Assembly (NCBI GenBank): GCA_951406725.2
Contig: OX597815.1
Location: forward strand, 84,630,001 to 84,694,000
Direction: 5' to 3'
Length of the DNA stretch: 64,000 nucleotides
Source of the DNA: Octopus vulgaris
Lineage: Eukaryota
This document shows, piece after piece, positions 1 to 14,977 of the stretch (positions are counted from its first letter, which is position 1; each line of letters opens with the position of its first letter). A program made the translations under genes and the position numbers. The notes under the pieces are model-generated. The model had not been told where the DNA came from. It searched no databases and saw only the letters and a program-made list of their open reading frames with translations.

Positions 1-599
1 ACAGAATGTAGCACAACGGTGTTTCTTCTAACACTCCACCGTTTCCAGAACACCACCAACGTATATTTACTAAATATTAAACTAGAAACCAAGGAACTGC
101 AATAGATTCCATAAATACTTAAGAGTAGATGAAATAATTAAAATGCAGCACAACAAATAAATCAGATTAGAACAGAGTATTATAGACTTCCTAACTACTC
201 AGGAACAACAATTTTAATACAGTATTCATGTAATATGAATACAGTTTTATAGTATGAAATGGATAAATATTAATATGAATCTATAATAAATATGAATCAA
301 TAATTTAATCTTTTAATGGGAATCCATAATGATACTACTAGTTTTCCGAGAGAAACAATGAAACTATGGTATCTGAACTGCTGATATTTTCGATGAGGTA
401 AGGGGCGCTCCATTAACAGATCCAGTTGAGAATCTCTAACAGTTGGCGTGGAAGTTGTGGTACTTTTTATACAGTCTTGTGGAATGTAGGCATGTGTATA
501 CATGAGAACATTATAATATCAACTTGTTCTCTCTTTAATTTTAACGCTGCTGTTGGTTTTGTGGTTGTTTCTTAGTCCTAAATCAGCCCTGAACTAGAA

Positions 600-1300
600 A
601 ACCTGTAATTCAGTCACTGTTTAGAAAAATGCCTGGAGGAACCTACGCCACACAAAAGAAGATCAAATTGTTTGCAGGATATTCAAGCCTTACTTTCATG
701 TGCAAATTTCTCATGGGATTAAAAGATTTCTCATGAGATCAAACAATCTGCCAGAAACCCTTCAAGAATATCAGCAAAAACAGGTTTGGATCTCAGTGGG
801 CTTGCAACGCGAATGCCTGTATTACCAGAAAATTATTTACTGTGTTGTTCACTAATGTGTTTCCCTCACTGTTCGTAACTCTCTGAAGAGACTTAACCCA
901 TCGAGAGGTTTTCCTGCTATTTATACGTCTCTAGCATATCCTTCAAACCTCACGGACCAAATGCCTCAGAAGTTTGATTTTATCAAAGTATACTTCCTAT
1001 CTCACAGTATGCTCTGTTGGAGCAGGGTGCCTTTAATAAAGAAATTATAGGGATATTTTTTGTCATAGTGCTTAAACACATTTTGGAAAGCAATTCAACC
1101 TGATACTGTTTCTTCAAGTTCCAAGAGTGGAAACAAATTGTGTATGTGAGCGATTACCTGGTCCTTGAGGTAAACATACAGTATCTGCATTGTGGAGTTA
1201 TGACTTCAAGACCTTTTGTAACTATATCATTTGACTTGACTGAGAAGCATAGAAGAGAGCTGTTCTTCAACGACTTGAAGAGCTTGAGCTGAAAGAATAT
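600..1300 (-). mobile_element. Highly decayed CR1/L2-like LINE RT remnant
   Basis: Minus-strand fragments read CFPKC..PIISLL and VSGRLFDLMRNLL, resembling CR1-type RT motifs. Many stops and frameshifts. Confidence 0.3.
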
Positions 1301-2159
1301 CGATCCCTGAAACGCATATTCGAGTCTAAGAAACAGAACCAAAATCAAAAGAAGAACCATATTGAAGAGAGACAGGAAGATAGTATTATCTTAAGCCTAC
1401 TGAAAATGCGAGAATCTATCACCATTTTCCAGTGGATATGGTATCAAATGTTAACCGTTTTGCTAATAAAGTACTTTTGGAATGTTCTGGAAATTAGTTT
1501 GCGTAAAAAGTGACTCAAGGACCTCTTAGAACCTTCGCCGTCTCTTCTAACAGTAAATTCTGGTTATCTTTCTGTAAAACAGAAAAAAAGTGATTTCCTG
1601 AGAGACTAGGAAGAGATTACACCTCTTCTCCATCTCAATAATTCCCTTTTCCTCTCTCCTCCACCCTGTCATCCTTTGCTTTGGATGAACAGCCTGCCAA
1701 ACTCAGGTGAGGAATTGTGTGATTTTTCACTTGTTAATTTATCATATTTTATTATTTAGAGTTTTAATTTGCTCTTGTATTACTTATCTAAACATACTTT
1801 CATTTTACAGAATATATATGTAATTTATCATGTAATAACACCTTTAATGTTTTATTTTAATGTCCATTAGCTTTTATATCTTTGTGGGAGAGAAAACTTT
1901 GAAATGAAATGTTGTTTTTTTATATTTATACGTTCTTTCTGTTTATTCTTGTTAGTTATATTATACTGTCATTACATTGTTTTTATTATATGCATTTATA
2001 TTTTTATTTATTATTTTTGTTTTATTCGTGTTTAAAGAGATACTTTGAGTGTAGACTTCTGTTTTCATTGAGCTTTTGAGTTAATTGTCCGTAAATACAT
2101 ATATTTTATTGGTGTAACAACGAATAAGGCTCCAGAGCGAATTAGATTCTTTAGTAGCA

Positions 2160-2214
2160 GTATACATACATATATATACATGTTTATATCTATATATGTA
2201 TGTATATATATAAA

Positions 2215-2286
<72 letters not shown>

Positions 2287-2325
2287 CATATATATCTATA
2301 TATGTATGTATATATATAAAATACA

Positions 2326-2395
<70 letters not shown>
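2160..2395. repeat. (TA)n-rich microsatellite
   Basis: Direct reading. Confidence 0.95.
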
Positions 2396-2398
<3 letters not shown>

Positions 2399-3082
2399 AT
2401 TTATTTATCTGCTTATTTGTCAATAAGCATTGACGAGAAAACCGGTAAACCGGTGCAAATTCGCGAAAATCCTTCGTAATATTTGTTCTGCCCAAATTGC
2501 GTAAACAATATCCAATCAGTATAACCTCTGGAGGTTCAGCGAAGCGATGATTGCTCCGCTGAGAAACGGTAAAAAAAAGTTACTTTTCGCAAAAATACCA
2601 TATGATATTTTAAAAAAGATGAGTGAATCGGCTTCAGTCACGATTTGAAACCTTTGTCACGACTTCGAATTACCAAGTAATTACCTCGTATGGCCGCATC
2701 GTGAAACATTTTAAAGCAGAAGAAGACGGATATTTATGATGTAGTTCCGTTTTTTTAATTCCAACAATGACTTAAACACAGCGAGGAAATTTCAACCATA
2801 AATTGAAACTGTGTTATAGCCTCTCAGCTTCTCGGGGGTACTTTCCTCTTAGACTTACAGGAATATTATTATTTTTGGTTGCTAACATGAAGAAATGACA
2901 AAACAAAAAGGTAGCAGAAGCAATAAAAAGTATGAAATTATCAAAAGAGGACCTAATATCCAGGAAAGAAATCAATATTGTTTTGACGTAATTTTCTCGT
3001 TACTGAAATCGATTATTCTCAATTTCGTTATCATGCAACTATCTCATTCCGGTCTTCAGATTTCTGATGACTGCAGTTACTT

Positions 3083-3223
3083 TCTTCTTCTTCTTCATTC
3101 TTCTTCTTCTTCTTCTTCTTCTTCTTCTTCTTCTTCTTCTTCTTCTTCTTCTTCTTCTTCTTCTTCATCATCTTCTTCATCTTCTTCTTCTTCTTCTTTC
3201 TCTCTCTCTCTCTCTCTCTCTCT
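3083..3223. repeat. (TTC)n followed by (TC)n microsatellite
   Basis: Direct reading. Source of the poly-S and poly-L ORFs. Confidence 0.95.
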
Positions 3224-3564
3224 ATAAATGTATATTTTCATGCATATATATAATATATACATACCTATACGCATATATATATATATATGAATATATATAC
3301 ATATATATATATGTGTGTGTGCGTGTGTGTGTGTTCATCTCTCTCCTTTCTTTTCTCTCCTCCTCCCATATACTCCACTTCTCTTTCTTTCTTTACCTCT
3401 GCCTCTCTCACTCCCTCTCTCGCTCTCTAAATATATGTACACATACATAGATATATATATAAATATATAATATACACATACATATATGTATATATATATA
3501 TATATGTACATATATATATTCATATGTACATATATATATTCATGTACATATATATATTCATTTA

Positions 3565-3616
<52 letters not shown>

Positions 3617-3644
3617 CATGTATATTCATATATTTATATATGTG

Positions 3645-3713
<69 letters not shown>

Positions 3714-5625
3714 AACGTCCCTCTATATGAAAATACATACATAACGTACTGACATACATAAATACACGCGCGCACACACATATATACATATATACATACA
3801 TACAGCTTGACGAGGAAAAAATAAAATAGAATCCTATATAAATGAACACCAAAGAAGAGTAGATGCTATTAAGAAGAAATTATCTCCCGTGGTATCATTT
3901 ATAAGTTTTCATGTTGGGAGTTAATTAAAGTATCTTGTTATGCTATCGTTGTAATAATTTCGGAAAATTATTGTAATGACTAAAATATACATAACAGCAA
4001 CTCTCTGAAGTCTCTCAAAAGCAGCAGTTAAACAAACCGTTGTACTTGATTGACATTTTCATAATACTCATGTGTAACCAAACAATTTAGATATATAATA
4101 CGTTTCCACTTGACTACTTGCAACAATTGTATGTAAACAAGATATATTATTGAAGTAATTCCATCTGTTATCTCCAATTCAAGCATATTCGTGTAACAAA
4201 TCTGTTGAAAATAATATTCAATGTATTAAGAGTGGGAACGACGTGTCATATGATATACTAACTTGTTGAGTTTCCATTCAATAGCTCAGTTTTTGCTGCC
4301 TTCTCCGTTTAGCTGATCTGAAGTGATTTTTCATTACTGGGATTATTTTTTTCATTGTGCTGCTAATAATTAGACGTATGGGTAGATGCAAAATGTGTGA
4401 TTTGAACTCGGTTCTTCACTCTTACGATAGGCTATGACTAACACGATCATGAAACTAACCGCGTGGTCTAACGAGAAATGAAAGCCAATCTCTAGCACAT
4501 CAGACTAAATAATATTTAATGTACGATACTGTAAATAATATTGTAATACACATATTACAGGGAAAATACATCAGATGTTTCTATAAAACAAATATCTTCA
4601 CTCCACACATACAAGCTACACACATATATATGCATATCCAAACCTCACTTACACTCAAACCTTCATGAAATATAATACACATATAAATGCACTATTTTCT
4701 CTATCAACGCGCTTACTTATATCACATCCCACCCCCTCAACACCTTCATAAATACTCTAATCACAATACAAACACCACTCCAGTGCATTCTAGCTCACAG
4801 GTACTTCCGTTCAGCCTTCCTGATGAATAACTTTATCTCGGAACGTCAATGAATTCTCGTACATATGTAAATCATCTTCCCTGCTAGCTTATACAGTGTA
4901 ACAGTTTATCATCACAGCTTGCTCATTTAGAGCTGTTATAAGGTGTTATCAGCAGCAACACCACGAGTATTATCACATTAAACCCGTTGAATGCTTACGT
5001 TGTGACTACAAGTTCTAGATATAACAGCGAAGCCAAGTCCTAACGTTTACATGATGGGCAACAATCTTGTAAACGTATATACGCACAGAGTTTGATGCCA
5101 ACAGAGTTTAACCAAATATATTGATAGAATGTTCCTCAATATATATGTATAAACAGTCTCATAAAATCAAAATATCAATAAAAGGAAATGGAGAACGAAA
5201 ATTAAATTACTAGCTAAATTTTCTAATTGCATGGACTCTGCGTCTTTCAAAGTAGTTTGTTTACATTCGACAATTCCTAAACAGTCTTCAAATAAGTCAT
5301 TTCGTAACTCAAGACTAAAATATACTTACTTTTCCTTAAGAGATCTAACACTATACCGTTTATTATCTCTTTAAAAGTTACAATTATTGATGATTCTAAA
5401 ATATCGTTATATTGAAACATACGTGGAATATCTGTTTGGATATTTTGGGGTTATTTTGTTGATGCGGTTCCTTTTAAACTTGTTCCGGGTCCTTTTATAC
5501 TTGTTCTAACAAGTATATCGTTTCATCTTTTGATTTGCATTACTTTTCCATCTGTAATACAAATAAAATGAACCAAACGTCTTTTTAATTTTTCTTCTCC
5601 GTTTTCTTTTATTGACTTTTAATTT

Positions 5626-5748
<123 letters not shown>

Positions 5749-5921
5749 AGGTATGTATGTATGTTTCTTTGAGTTTCGAAAAAAGTCATTCGTAAGGATG
5801 GATCAAAAGATGTAAGAAAGGGGAAAATAAAGGAGCCAGGAGTGACTTAGAATTGCGTTTTAGTTTGTATCAGATTACACTGTATAAGCTAGATGGGAAT
5901 ATGTTTTATATATGTACGAGA

Positions 5922-5962
5922 ATTCTTTGACGTTTCGAAATAAAGTTATTCATCAGGAAGGC
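5922..5962 (-). ncRNA. Minimal hammerhead-like motif, degenerate (inverted copy near 4814-4855)
   Basis: Minus strand gccttc CTGATGA ataactttatttc GAAA cgtc: catalytic boxes plus palindromic ACGT stem III. Stem I pairs poorly. Confidence 0.45.
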
Positions 5963-6487
5963 TGTACGAACTGTACCTGTGAGCTAGAATGCACTGGAGT
6001 GGTGTTTGTATTGTGATTAGAGTATTTATGAAAGCGTTGAGGTGGTGGGATGTGATGTAAGTAAGCGCGTTGATAGAGAAAATGGTGCATTTATATGTGT
6101 ATTTTATTTCATGAAGGTTTGAGTGTGAGTGAGGTTTGGATATGCATATATATGTGTGTAGCTTGTATATGTGGGGTGAAGATATTTGTTTTATAGGAAA
6201 AGGCTTTTGTGGTTGAGTTCATTGAGCATGAATGTTTGATATATGAAAATATATTATTTTTCGCATCTAAGACAAGAATCCAGGAGGCCAGTGTGTAGAG
6301 ACTAGCTGATCACAAAGAGATATCTGGCTGGGTGATCTACAGAAGAGAATATGGATGAAACGATCGAATAGTCATCGCGACTGATGTCCTGGTGTGTATT
6401 TATATAAACACACTCAGAGGAAGAGAGAGAGAGAGGAGTGGAAAGACTACAAATATACATACTTGATTTGACAGTTAGCTAGTTGGA

Positions 6488-6488
6488 A

Positions 6489-6541
<53 letters not shown>

Positions 6542-6582
6542 GAGACAGAGAGAGACAGAGAGACAGAGAGACAGAGAGAGAC

Positions 6583-6627
<45 letters not shown>

Positions 6628-6750
6628 GACAGAGACAGACAGACAGACAGACAGACACAGACAGACAGGCAGACTGGCAGAGAGACAAACACAGACACAC
6701 GGAAGCAGACAGACGGGCAGAGAGACAAATAGATAGACAGATAGATAGAT
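6488..6750. repeat. Compound (TA)n/(GA)n/(GACA)n microsatellite
   Basis: Direct reading. Confidence 0.95.
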
Positions 6751-7233
6751 AGTGAAAGAGAGAGAGACTAAAACCCTTATTGGCTTCGCTTTACGCTGTA
6801 CAAGAATGCTAACTTGGCTAATTTTCAGAAGTTCTCAGACGAAACTAATCGGATTAAAGTGGATTAGCTGGAAATTTTACCATGAATATTAAAATAGTGA
6901 AAATGTAGTTGTTGCATTGTTTTACAAATTTTATTACTCCATATCGGCATATATGAGTGTGTATGTAATCACGAGCCTTCGCACGCATGCGATGTGCGCG
7001 TGAGTGTACATGCATAAAGATATATAAATGCATATATGAATGTGTGTGTGTATATATATAAATATATAATGTCTGTGTGTGCGTAGTAGCATTTTGAGTG
7101 CTGCAATTATGTGTGCTAAAGAGTGATAAGCTTTATTTGATGTAGGATACGATACAAATTGTAGAAATAATACATGTATATTTATTATATGTATATATAT
7201 GTGTGTGTGTATATATATATATGTATATATATA

Positions 7234-7290
<57 letters not shown>

Positions 7291-7455
7291 GTGTGTGTGT
7301 GTGTGTGTGTGTGTATACATATATATGTATATACATATACATGTACATATATACATATATAGTTAATCCAAATAAGAAAGCACGAAAAAACACAACGCGA
7401 GACGTGGAACAAATATAGTATTATTGGGCGCTCAGGAAAGAAGGAAAGAAGGAGG

Positions 7456-7490
7456 GTTTAACGTTTCGAGCGGAGCTCTTCGTCGGAAAC
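7456..7490 (-). ncRNA. Minimal type-I hammerhead-like motif inside a ~210-bp TA-flanked module (7361-7570)
   Basis: Minus strand gttt CCGACGA a gagc-tcc-gctc GAAA cgtt aaac. Stem I is gttt/aaac, stem II is 4 bp, stem III is palindromic AACGTT. The core has C in place of the conserved U (CCGA vs CUGA). Confidence 0.55.
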
Positions 7491-7713
7491 ATAGGAGAAG
7501 GAAAGATCCAGAGAAGGGAAGATAGAGGAAAACAAATCGCCGACGGTACACACGCGGTCACATTTTGAATGTATATACATATATGTTTACATATAATTAA
7601 ACATACGTATTTACATTTATATGCTCATAGAAAGAAAAACATACATACGTACACACATACATACATACATACATACATACATACATACATACATACATAC
7701 ATACATACATACA

Positions 7714-7749
<36 letters not shown>

Positions 7750-8533
7750 TCATACGCAAGATGCTGACATCAACAGGAAATCTTCACAGAAATAGTGATA
7801 TCGACTGGCTCTACCTACGAAGCGGCAAAGGAGCTAGAGGCTTGAGATCTGTGAAGACAGCTTTCGAAATGCCGTAGAGTCTCTCTCAGATAACACTTGC
7901 CAAACAATATAAGCAAAAATAAATACACTAACTTAGTGCTGAAAAGCGAAGTGAACAATATCTTACTTGTTGGTAGCGAGCTCCTCAGGAAGCACTCTCT
8001 TCCTGATGACCTCTCTTGCAAAACTAAAACATCTACCACGAAGTCTTGGATGTGAAATGCTTAGTGTACCAAAGACCATGCATGAGTATATTTCCAGAAG
8101 GCTTGAAGTAGACAGTAATACTGACATAGAGCGAAACCTCTCTTGGACTCATGACGGCTACATTACACCTCAAAGGCTATGCATTTGCAATTCAAGATCA
8201 GGAGATTGCTACTAAATACCTAACAAACGAAAGAGACAGCGAAGCCCTTGAGGTTCCAAGGCTTAACTGAGAACGTAGATTATAACATATTTCTCTGAAA
8301 GACATCACACAAGTAATTAGCAGCTGCTCAAAAATGTTATCAAGGTACTACCTCTCTGTGCAACACGACAGTGTCGCAAAAGCAATACACTATGCCATTC
8401 AGAAAATAACTGTCCTGAAATAAATATAGAGAATTCCACTTTTGTTGAATGCATACACAAACATCAACACAAGGAATACTGGTGGAACATTTCCATAAAA
8501 AACGCCTGTGAAGTGTAATTGTTGTTTGGGACT
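7750..8533 (+). mobile_element. R4/Dong-like (RLE) non-LTR retrotransposon fragment, pseudogenised
   Basis: RKMLTSTGNLHRNSDIDWLYLRSGKGARGLRSV (RLYL.R..GGRGL motif), AIQDQEIATKY, HDSVAKAIHY and IVVWD in shifting frames. Cut off by a SINE at 8534. Confidence 0.8.
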
Positions 8534-8939
8534 GGCGCAGGAGTGGCTGTGTGGTAAGTAGCTTGTTTACCAACCACATGATTCCGGGTTCAGTCCCACT
8601 GCGTGGCACCTTGCGTAAGCGTCTTCTGCTATAGCCTCGGGCCGACCAAAGCCTTGTGAGTGGATTTGGTAGACGGAAACTGAAAGAAGACCGTCGCATA
8701 TATGTATATATATATATGTGTGTGTGTGTGCATGCATGTTTGTGTGTCTGTGTTTGTCCCCCTAGCATTGCTTGACAACCGATGCTGGTGTGTTTATGTC
8801 CCCGTAACTTAGCGGTTCGGCAAAAGAGACCGATAGAATAAGTACTGGGCTTACAAAGAATAAGTCCCGGGGTCGAGTTGCTCGATTAAAGGTGGTGCTC
8901 CAGCATGGCCGCAGTCAAATGACTGAAACAAGTAAAAGA

Positions 8940-8948
<9 letters not shown>
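8534..8948 (+). mobile_element. tRNA-derived SINE (octopus-type family A), full length
   Basis: GGCGCAGG head, A box TGGCTGTGTGG, B box GGTTCAGTCCC, internal (TA)/(TG) tract, GTAAAAGA tail. Near-identical inverted copy at 21419-21820. Confidence 0.9.
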
Positions 8949-8976
<28 letters not shown>

Positions 8977-9359
8977 CAACATTACCATAGCAATTGTATA
9001 TAAAGGCTATGTTAATGATCCTTTCGATATTGTAACAACATTAACAGAAATTCATTTTAATTACCAGTACAAGAAAAAAAGAATAATTGAAATGAAAAAG
9101 ATGTTTTAGTTCTCTTAGTTTAAAAACATAATCTACAAATACTACTGACATGTCGTTCCATGTGGTTATTTTAGATTAGGATAATAACTTCCGCAGCGGA
9201 AAAAATGCGTTGCTGGATTCAGTTACACTGACGGTACAAATCATGCCAAAACCACGTGTTTATATCTTCTTGAGATCTCATAATGGCCTCAATCAAATCG
9301 ATTTATAACCCTTTTACAAAGTGGCTTGTTTCCTACGTACGGTATTATTATTTTACTGA

Positions 9360-9982
9360 CTTACCTATTCTCGATACGTTACGTTTATTGATTGAGTAAA
9401 TATTCAATGAAATTGATCGATCACTTCGTCGAATTTGTTAATTGATTACTCAGACTGATTCTTTATCAGAGTGATGAATTTCATTTGGATTTGGAGGAAA
9501 GAAACCTTATTCAGTTTTCTTTTTCATAATAAATTAATTTAACCAATTTCGCATATGCCAGTAACATTTTTCTTTTAGAAATATCGGAAGGGTGAAAAGT
9601 AAAATCGAACATGACGGGATTTGAACTCAGATCAGATATAGTAACTAAGTTCCCACAAAGTCGGGTTTTGCCAACCGTTTAATAATAAATACTAAAGAAG
9701 TGAGTAATATGTTGCTTCCCCCTTTCTCAATGTGTGAAACTACAGTCTCACTTTTAGTAGCATTATCCAGATAAGGTAAATATTCCCTCCAAATTGTATA
9801 CCCGCTAAGGCACATTAAAAACGCAATGCGTAATAAATGATTCTTCGTTTCGCTAATCATTCAACCATTTCACTCTGATAAGGAATCAGACTGAATAATC
9901 AGTTAAATTTGATGAAATGATCGATCTATTTCATTGAATATTTACTCAATCAATAAAAGTAGCACATCGAGAATAGGTAAGA
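9360..9982. repeat. ~120-bp inverted repeat pair (9360-9476 and 9870-9982)
   Basis: cttacctattctcgat...attgattgagtaaatattcaatgaaat...ttatcagagtga and its reverse complement. A SINE remnant lies in the spacer. Confidence 0.8.
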
Positions 9983-10345
9983 ACTGAGGCTTCTTTGTTA
10001 AAGATAATGATTTATCAAAGTAGAGCTAATAACAATATGCTCAAACAAATATCGTCTTTTAGAATTACAAATCCCAGTCATTCGCTTATCGCCATAACAC
10101 CACATATTTTCAAGACTCACAACATTGTACGATACGAACACAAAACAGCATTACAAAAACGAACTTGTATCACATTATCACATTTGACCTAATCGATCCC
10201 CTACTATTCATAATACTCTGTTTATGACATCTGGATCATAAATGTCTTAAACAGATTCCATACTATTACAAGCATCCGTGTAACTTCTCCGGATTAAAAC
10301 AACTGCGAAACTTTTTCCTCGATAGTTAAACATAACCCAGAAAAG

Positions 10346-10562
10346 GTTTAATCCCCTTTAACTAGGTGTCATCATCTGACCTCCTAAACTAGAGGTCAGA
10401 AACATTTACATGATATATACACCTCAATTTTTAAAGAACTAGAAGTCAACTACCCACCTTCACAGATGGCAGCCGACATAGTTTAACGCATTTTAGACTG
10501 TCCCCTCACTTGTCGGAGCATAATTTTTGTAGATGACGACACCTTGTTAAAAGACGTTAAAC
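10346..10562. mobile_element. MITE-like element with ~32-bp imperfect terminal inverted repeats
   Basis: gtttaatcccctttaactaggtgtcatcatct versus agatgacgacaccttgttaaaagacgttaaac. Confidence 0.55.
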
Positions 10563-10582
10563 ACTCCATATTAACAAAATTA

Positions 10583-11175
10583 CTTTACTGGTACTTAATT
10601 TATCGATCCTGAAAGACAAAGCCTACCCCAGCGGAATTTGAACTCAAAATGTAATGATAGACGAAATGCCGCTATGCATTTTGCCCAGCGTGATAACGAT
10701 TCTGCCAGCTCGAATGCAAACGTGGAAACTTAATTTCTTCAATACCGAAATTATTTGTACATGAAGAAGGCTGCGAGGCGGCCGTAACCCTAAGGATATC
10801 AAGTGTATTATATATATATATATATATAAACCATTAGAAGTCGGGAGTTATGAAGGGTTAATATATTTATTTAGCTACATGACATCGTTAGGGTTGCGAC
10901 CGATTCGCAGCCTTTTTCATGTAGAAATAATTTCAATATGGAAGAAGTTATGCTTCCATGTTTGCATTCAAACTGGTAGAATCATTAGCACGCCGGGGAA
11001 AATGCATAGTGGCATTTCGTCCGCCTTTACATTCTGAGTTCAAATTCCGCTAGGATCGGCTTTGTGATACATTTTTTCGGGGTCGATAAATTAAGTACCA
11101 GTGAAATACTGAGGTTGATGTAATCAACTTGCACCCGCCCCAAATTTCAAGCCTTGTGCCTATAGTGGAAAGGAT
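10583..11175. mobile_element. Divergent inverted pair of family-B SINEs sharing ~90 bp of flank, centred on (TA)n
   Basis: 10583-10800 is the imperfect reverse complement of about 10880-11105. Both arms contain the SINE core TTC(T)GAGTTCAAATTCCGC. Confidence 0.8.
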
Positions 11176-11909
11176 TAATATGCTTGCTCGGCATTATGCA
11201 ATACAATTGTATATTCACAAATCAATGCAAATAAAGAAAGCAAGCTCATCAGATCATCAGATCATCAGAACATCATGGTTACACCAATGATTCGGATATA
11301 TACATGTTTCAATGTATATGCGCTTGTGTTTATGTTTAATGTTTAACTCAGCGTTCAGGCAAGTAGTATAGAATAAGTACTAAAATTACTAACAGCTCTA
11401 ATAAAGAAGCAGCCCAGTAACTCAAACCAGTATAATAATAAAGGACACTATATACATTATAATTGTACATCATATACATTATATTTGTACGTTATATTTG
11501 CATACATATATTTATGACATACATGCACATAAGAAGATATAATGTATATATACAGATACACGCTGCATATCCAAAGGAACAAACGGAAATACAAATATGA
11601 GTTATACACTGCAGATCAAGATAAATATATGTTGCATGAACAAGAGCTAAAAGTGCGCCATCATTAAAGACAACAGTATTGATATGAATAAAATATGGAA
11701 CAACAGTAATATCACAACAATAGTATTATAATAAAAAGGTATCCAGGAAAACAGCAAAAATAGAAATATCAGCAACCGCAAACGAGGACAAGAAAAAAAA
11801 AAACAGAAATAAGTTAAGTATGTAGAAGACTTAGTATTCTTTTTGGTGAACATATTATTTGTATATCTTAAGTATATTCGTATTTGAAAGTGTGCATATA
11901 TGTGTTTAT

Positions 11910-12360
<451 letters not shown>

Positions 12361-12704
12361 CAGCAGTCCGTTATTTGCATATATATGTATGTGTGCTTAT
12401 GTTTATGTATATATACACACAAACAGTAAAATATTGATGTAGCTGCGCGATCACGTACGAGTGCTGTATATGTGTGTGTGTGTCTGTGTGTGGTTGTGTG
12501 TGTGTGTCTGTGTGTGGTTGTGTGTGTGTAAATATGAAGTATGGGTAAGAATGTAGTGTTATCAACAATCCATCACTCAATACATAAAATACAGTCATAG
12601 AAACACTTGAGTGATTTCATCTCAAAGCTTCTTCCACGTTTGTTTTGTGATTAATTCTTCCAATTCGTTGATAATCTGTTTCAATGAATTATCTATATAT
12701 GCAC

Positions 12705-12749
<45 letters not shown>

Positions 12750-12790
12750 TATATATTCATTTATATATATATATATATATATATATATGC

Positions 12791-12867
<77 letters not shown>

Positions 12868-13104
12868 TATATGCATATATATATATATGTGTGTGTGTGT
12901 GCTTTGCATGTCCGAGAACGGGAGTAGGCGTGTAGATTTGCATGTGTATATCCGAGCCTCCCAAGGTAAAGAAAAGAGTATTCACTACAGAAAATAAAGT
13001 ATAAACATCTATTATATACTGATATTGTTCTCTGTCGGTACCCATTTCTTTCTCATTTACTGACTTACATGTAAATATATGTGTGCCTGTGTGTGTTTAT
13101 ACAC

Positions 13105-13147
<43 letters not shown>

Positions 13148-13411
13148 CATGCATATGCATATGCATATATATATGTGAATAACTATGTGTATGCATGTAC
13201 ATATAGATATAGATATATATATATATTTGTATTTTGTCGATTTATAAGAATAAATATTTTACGGTAAACTGAAGGATTACCCGATACCTTTTGTAAAGCA
13301 TATATCTATTATCCTTTAACAAGAATAGGGACTTCGAAGTTCCAATTAAGGCAAATGAGGCCAAAACTTCGCTGTCACTGTCAACACTATCCGTGTAAAA
13401 TCTTATATATA

Positions 13412-13626
13412 AAGAGGGGTTGCTGAAAAGTCCCGACTTTAGGTAAAATAAAATACAGGAGAAGCAGTTAATTATGATTTTATTCAACATATTCCCCTCT
13501 CAGATTTACACACATTTTGCAGCGGACCCTCAGTTTTTCTATGCCCTGTAAAAGAATTCGAAAGGTTGGGCCTCCACCCGGCCCTTTCCCAACACCCTTA
13601 AAGCCAAGAACTTTTCAACACCCCTC

Positions 13627-13628
<2 letters not shown>
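13412..13628. mobile_element. Mariner-derived MITE (internally deleted)
   Basis: TIRs gaggggttgctgaaaagt and acttttcaacacccctc resemble CGAGGG..AAAAGT mariner ends. TA-rich flanks. Confidence 0.75.
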
Positions 13629-13672
<44 letters not shown>

Positions 13673-13745
13673 TACATATGCATATAAATATATATGCATA
13701 TATATTTATTATATATATATATATATGCATACATAGATATATATA

Positions 13746-13823
<78 letters not shown>

Positions 13824-14548
13824 TACATATATATGTAGGGATTATATGTATAAATATATGCATGTATATACATATATGCTGACCTATGTTTACCTCCACT
13901 CTTATTTCTTTAAAAAGTTTAGGTTTTGCCAGAAAGTCCTAATGTCTGAGTGGATCTGCTTATTATGTCTGTTCCCGCTTCAATGTATTTCACTCTCTAC
14001 TGCATGCATATATATGTGTGCATTTATGATTCTGTGAATCTGTGTGTACGCATGCGTGACTGAATACATGCATGTAACTATGTGTGCGTTTATTCCTCTC
14101 CTACTTACGTTATCTTCGCATTTATGTGTATAGATAGATGCCAACGATTAAGTATATTTTTTAACTACTCTTCTGAAATAGATATGCATGTAAGACCTTT
14201 TATTGGTGTTTATTTTACTTGTGTTTACATCTTAACATACATGTCTGCACATATTAGAATAAACGGCCTAACAATATTTATTCAGAGAGAAATATGTAAA
14301 TATATACATTTTTCTAAACCCATTATGTTGGGCATTTGGCTCAATTGTTAAAATTCTTCATCAACAAAAAGAAAATATTTTAGGATACTCTACATGGAAT
14401 TATATCTGTTTGTATGTAGTATATGTGTGTGTGTACGTATATATCTATAAAGTTATTCATATATATATATAAACACACACATTCACATATACACATGCAC
14501 AGAAATACGTCTATATGTGTGTATGTAATGCTTGTGCGAATGTATGTT

Positions 14549-14621
<73 letters not shown>

Positions 14622-14799
14622 TATATATATATACATACATTTATATACATATATATATATATATATATACATACATATATTTATATACATATATAAATAT
14701 ATATGTATACATATGGTTCTGTATCTAGTTGTACACATATGCGCCTAAGTATACGTATTAAAACAGAAATATGTGTACCTATACGCATACGTACACATA

Positions 14800-14842
<43 letters not shown>

Positions 14843-14931
14843 CTATATGTATATTTGTATATATGTGTGTGTTTGTGTTTGTGTGTGTGTGTGTACATAT
14901 ATGTATACATGCCTGCATGTAGTCGTGGATG

Positions 14932-14977
<46 letters not shown>

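Noticed and set aside
297-503. Minus-strand 68-aa ORF with a TTTSTPT stretch
   Set aside because: No recognisable domain or convincing splice signals. It could be an exon fragment but cannot be supported.
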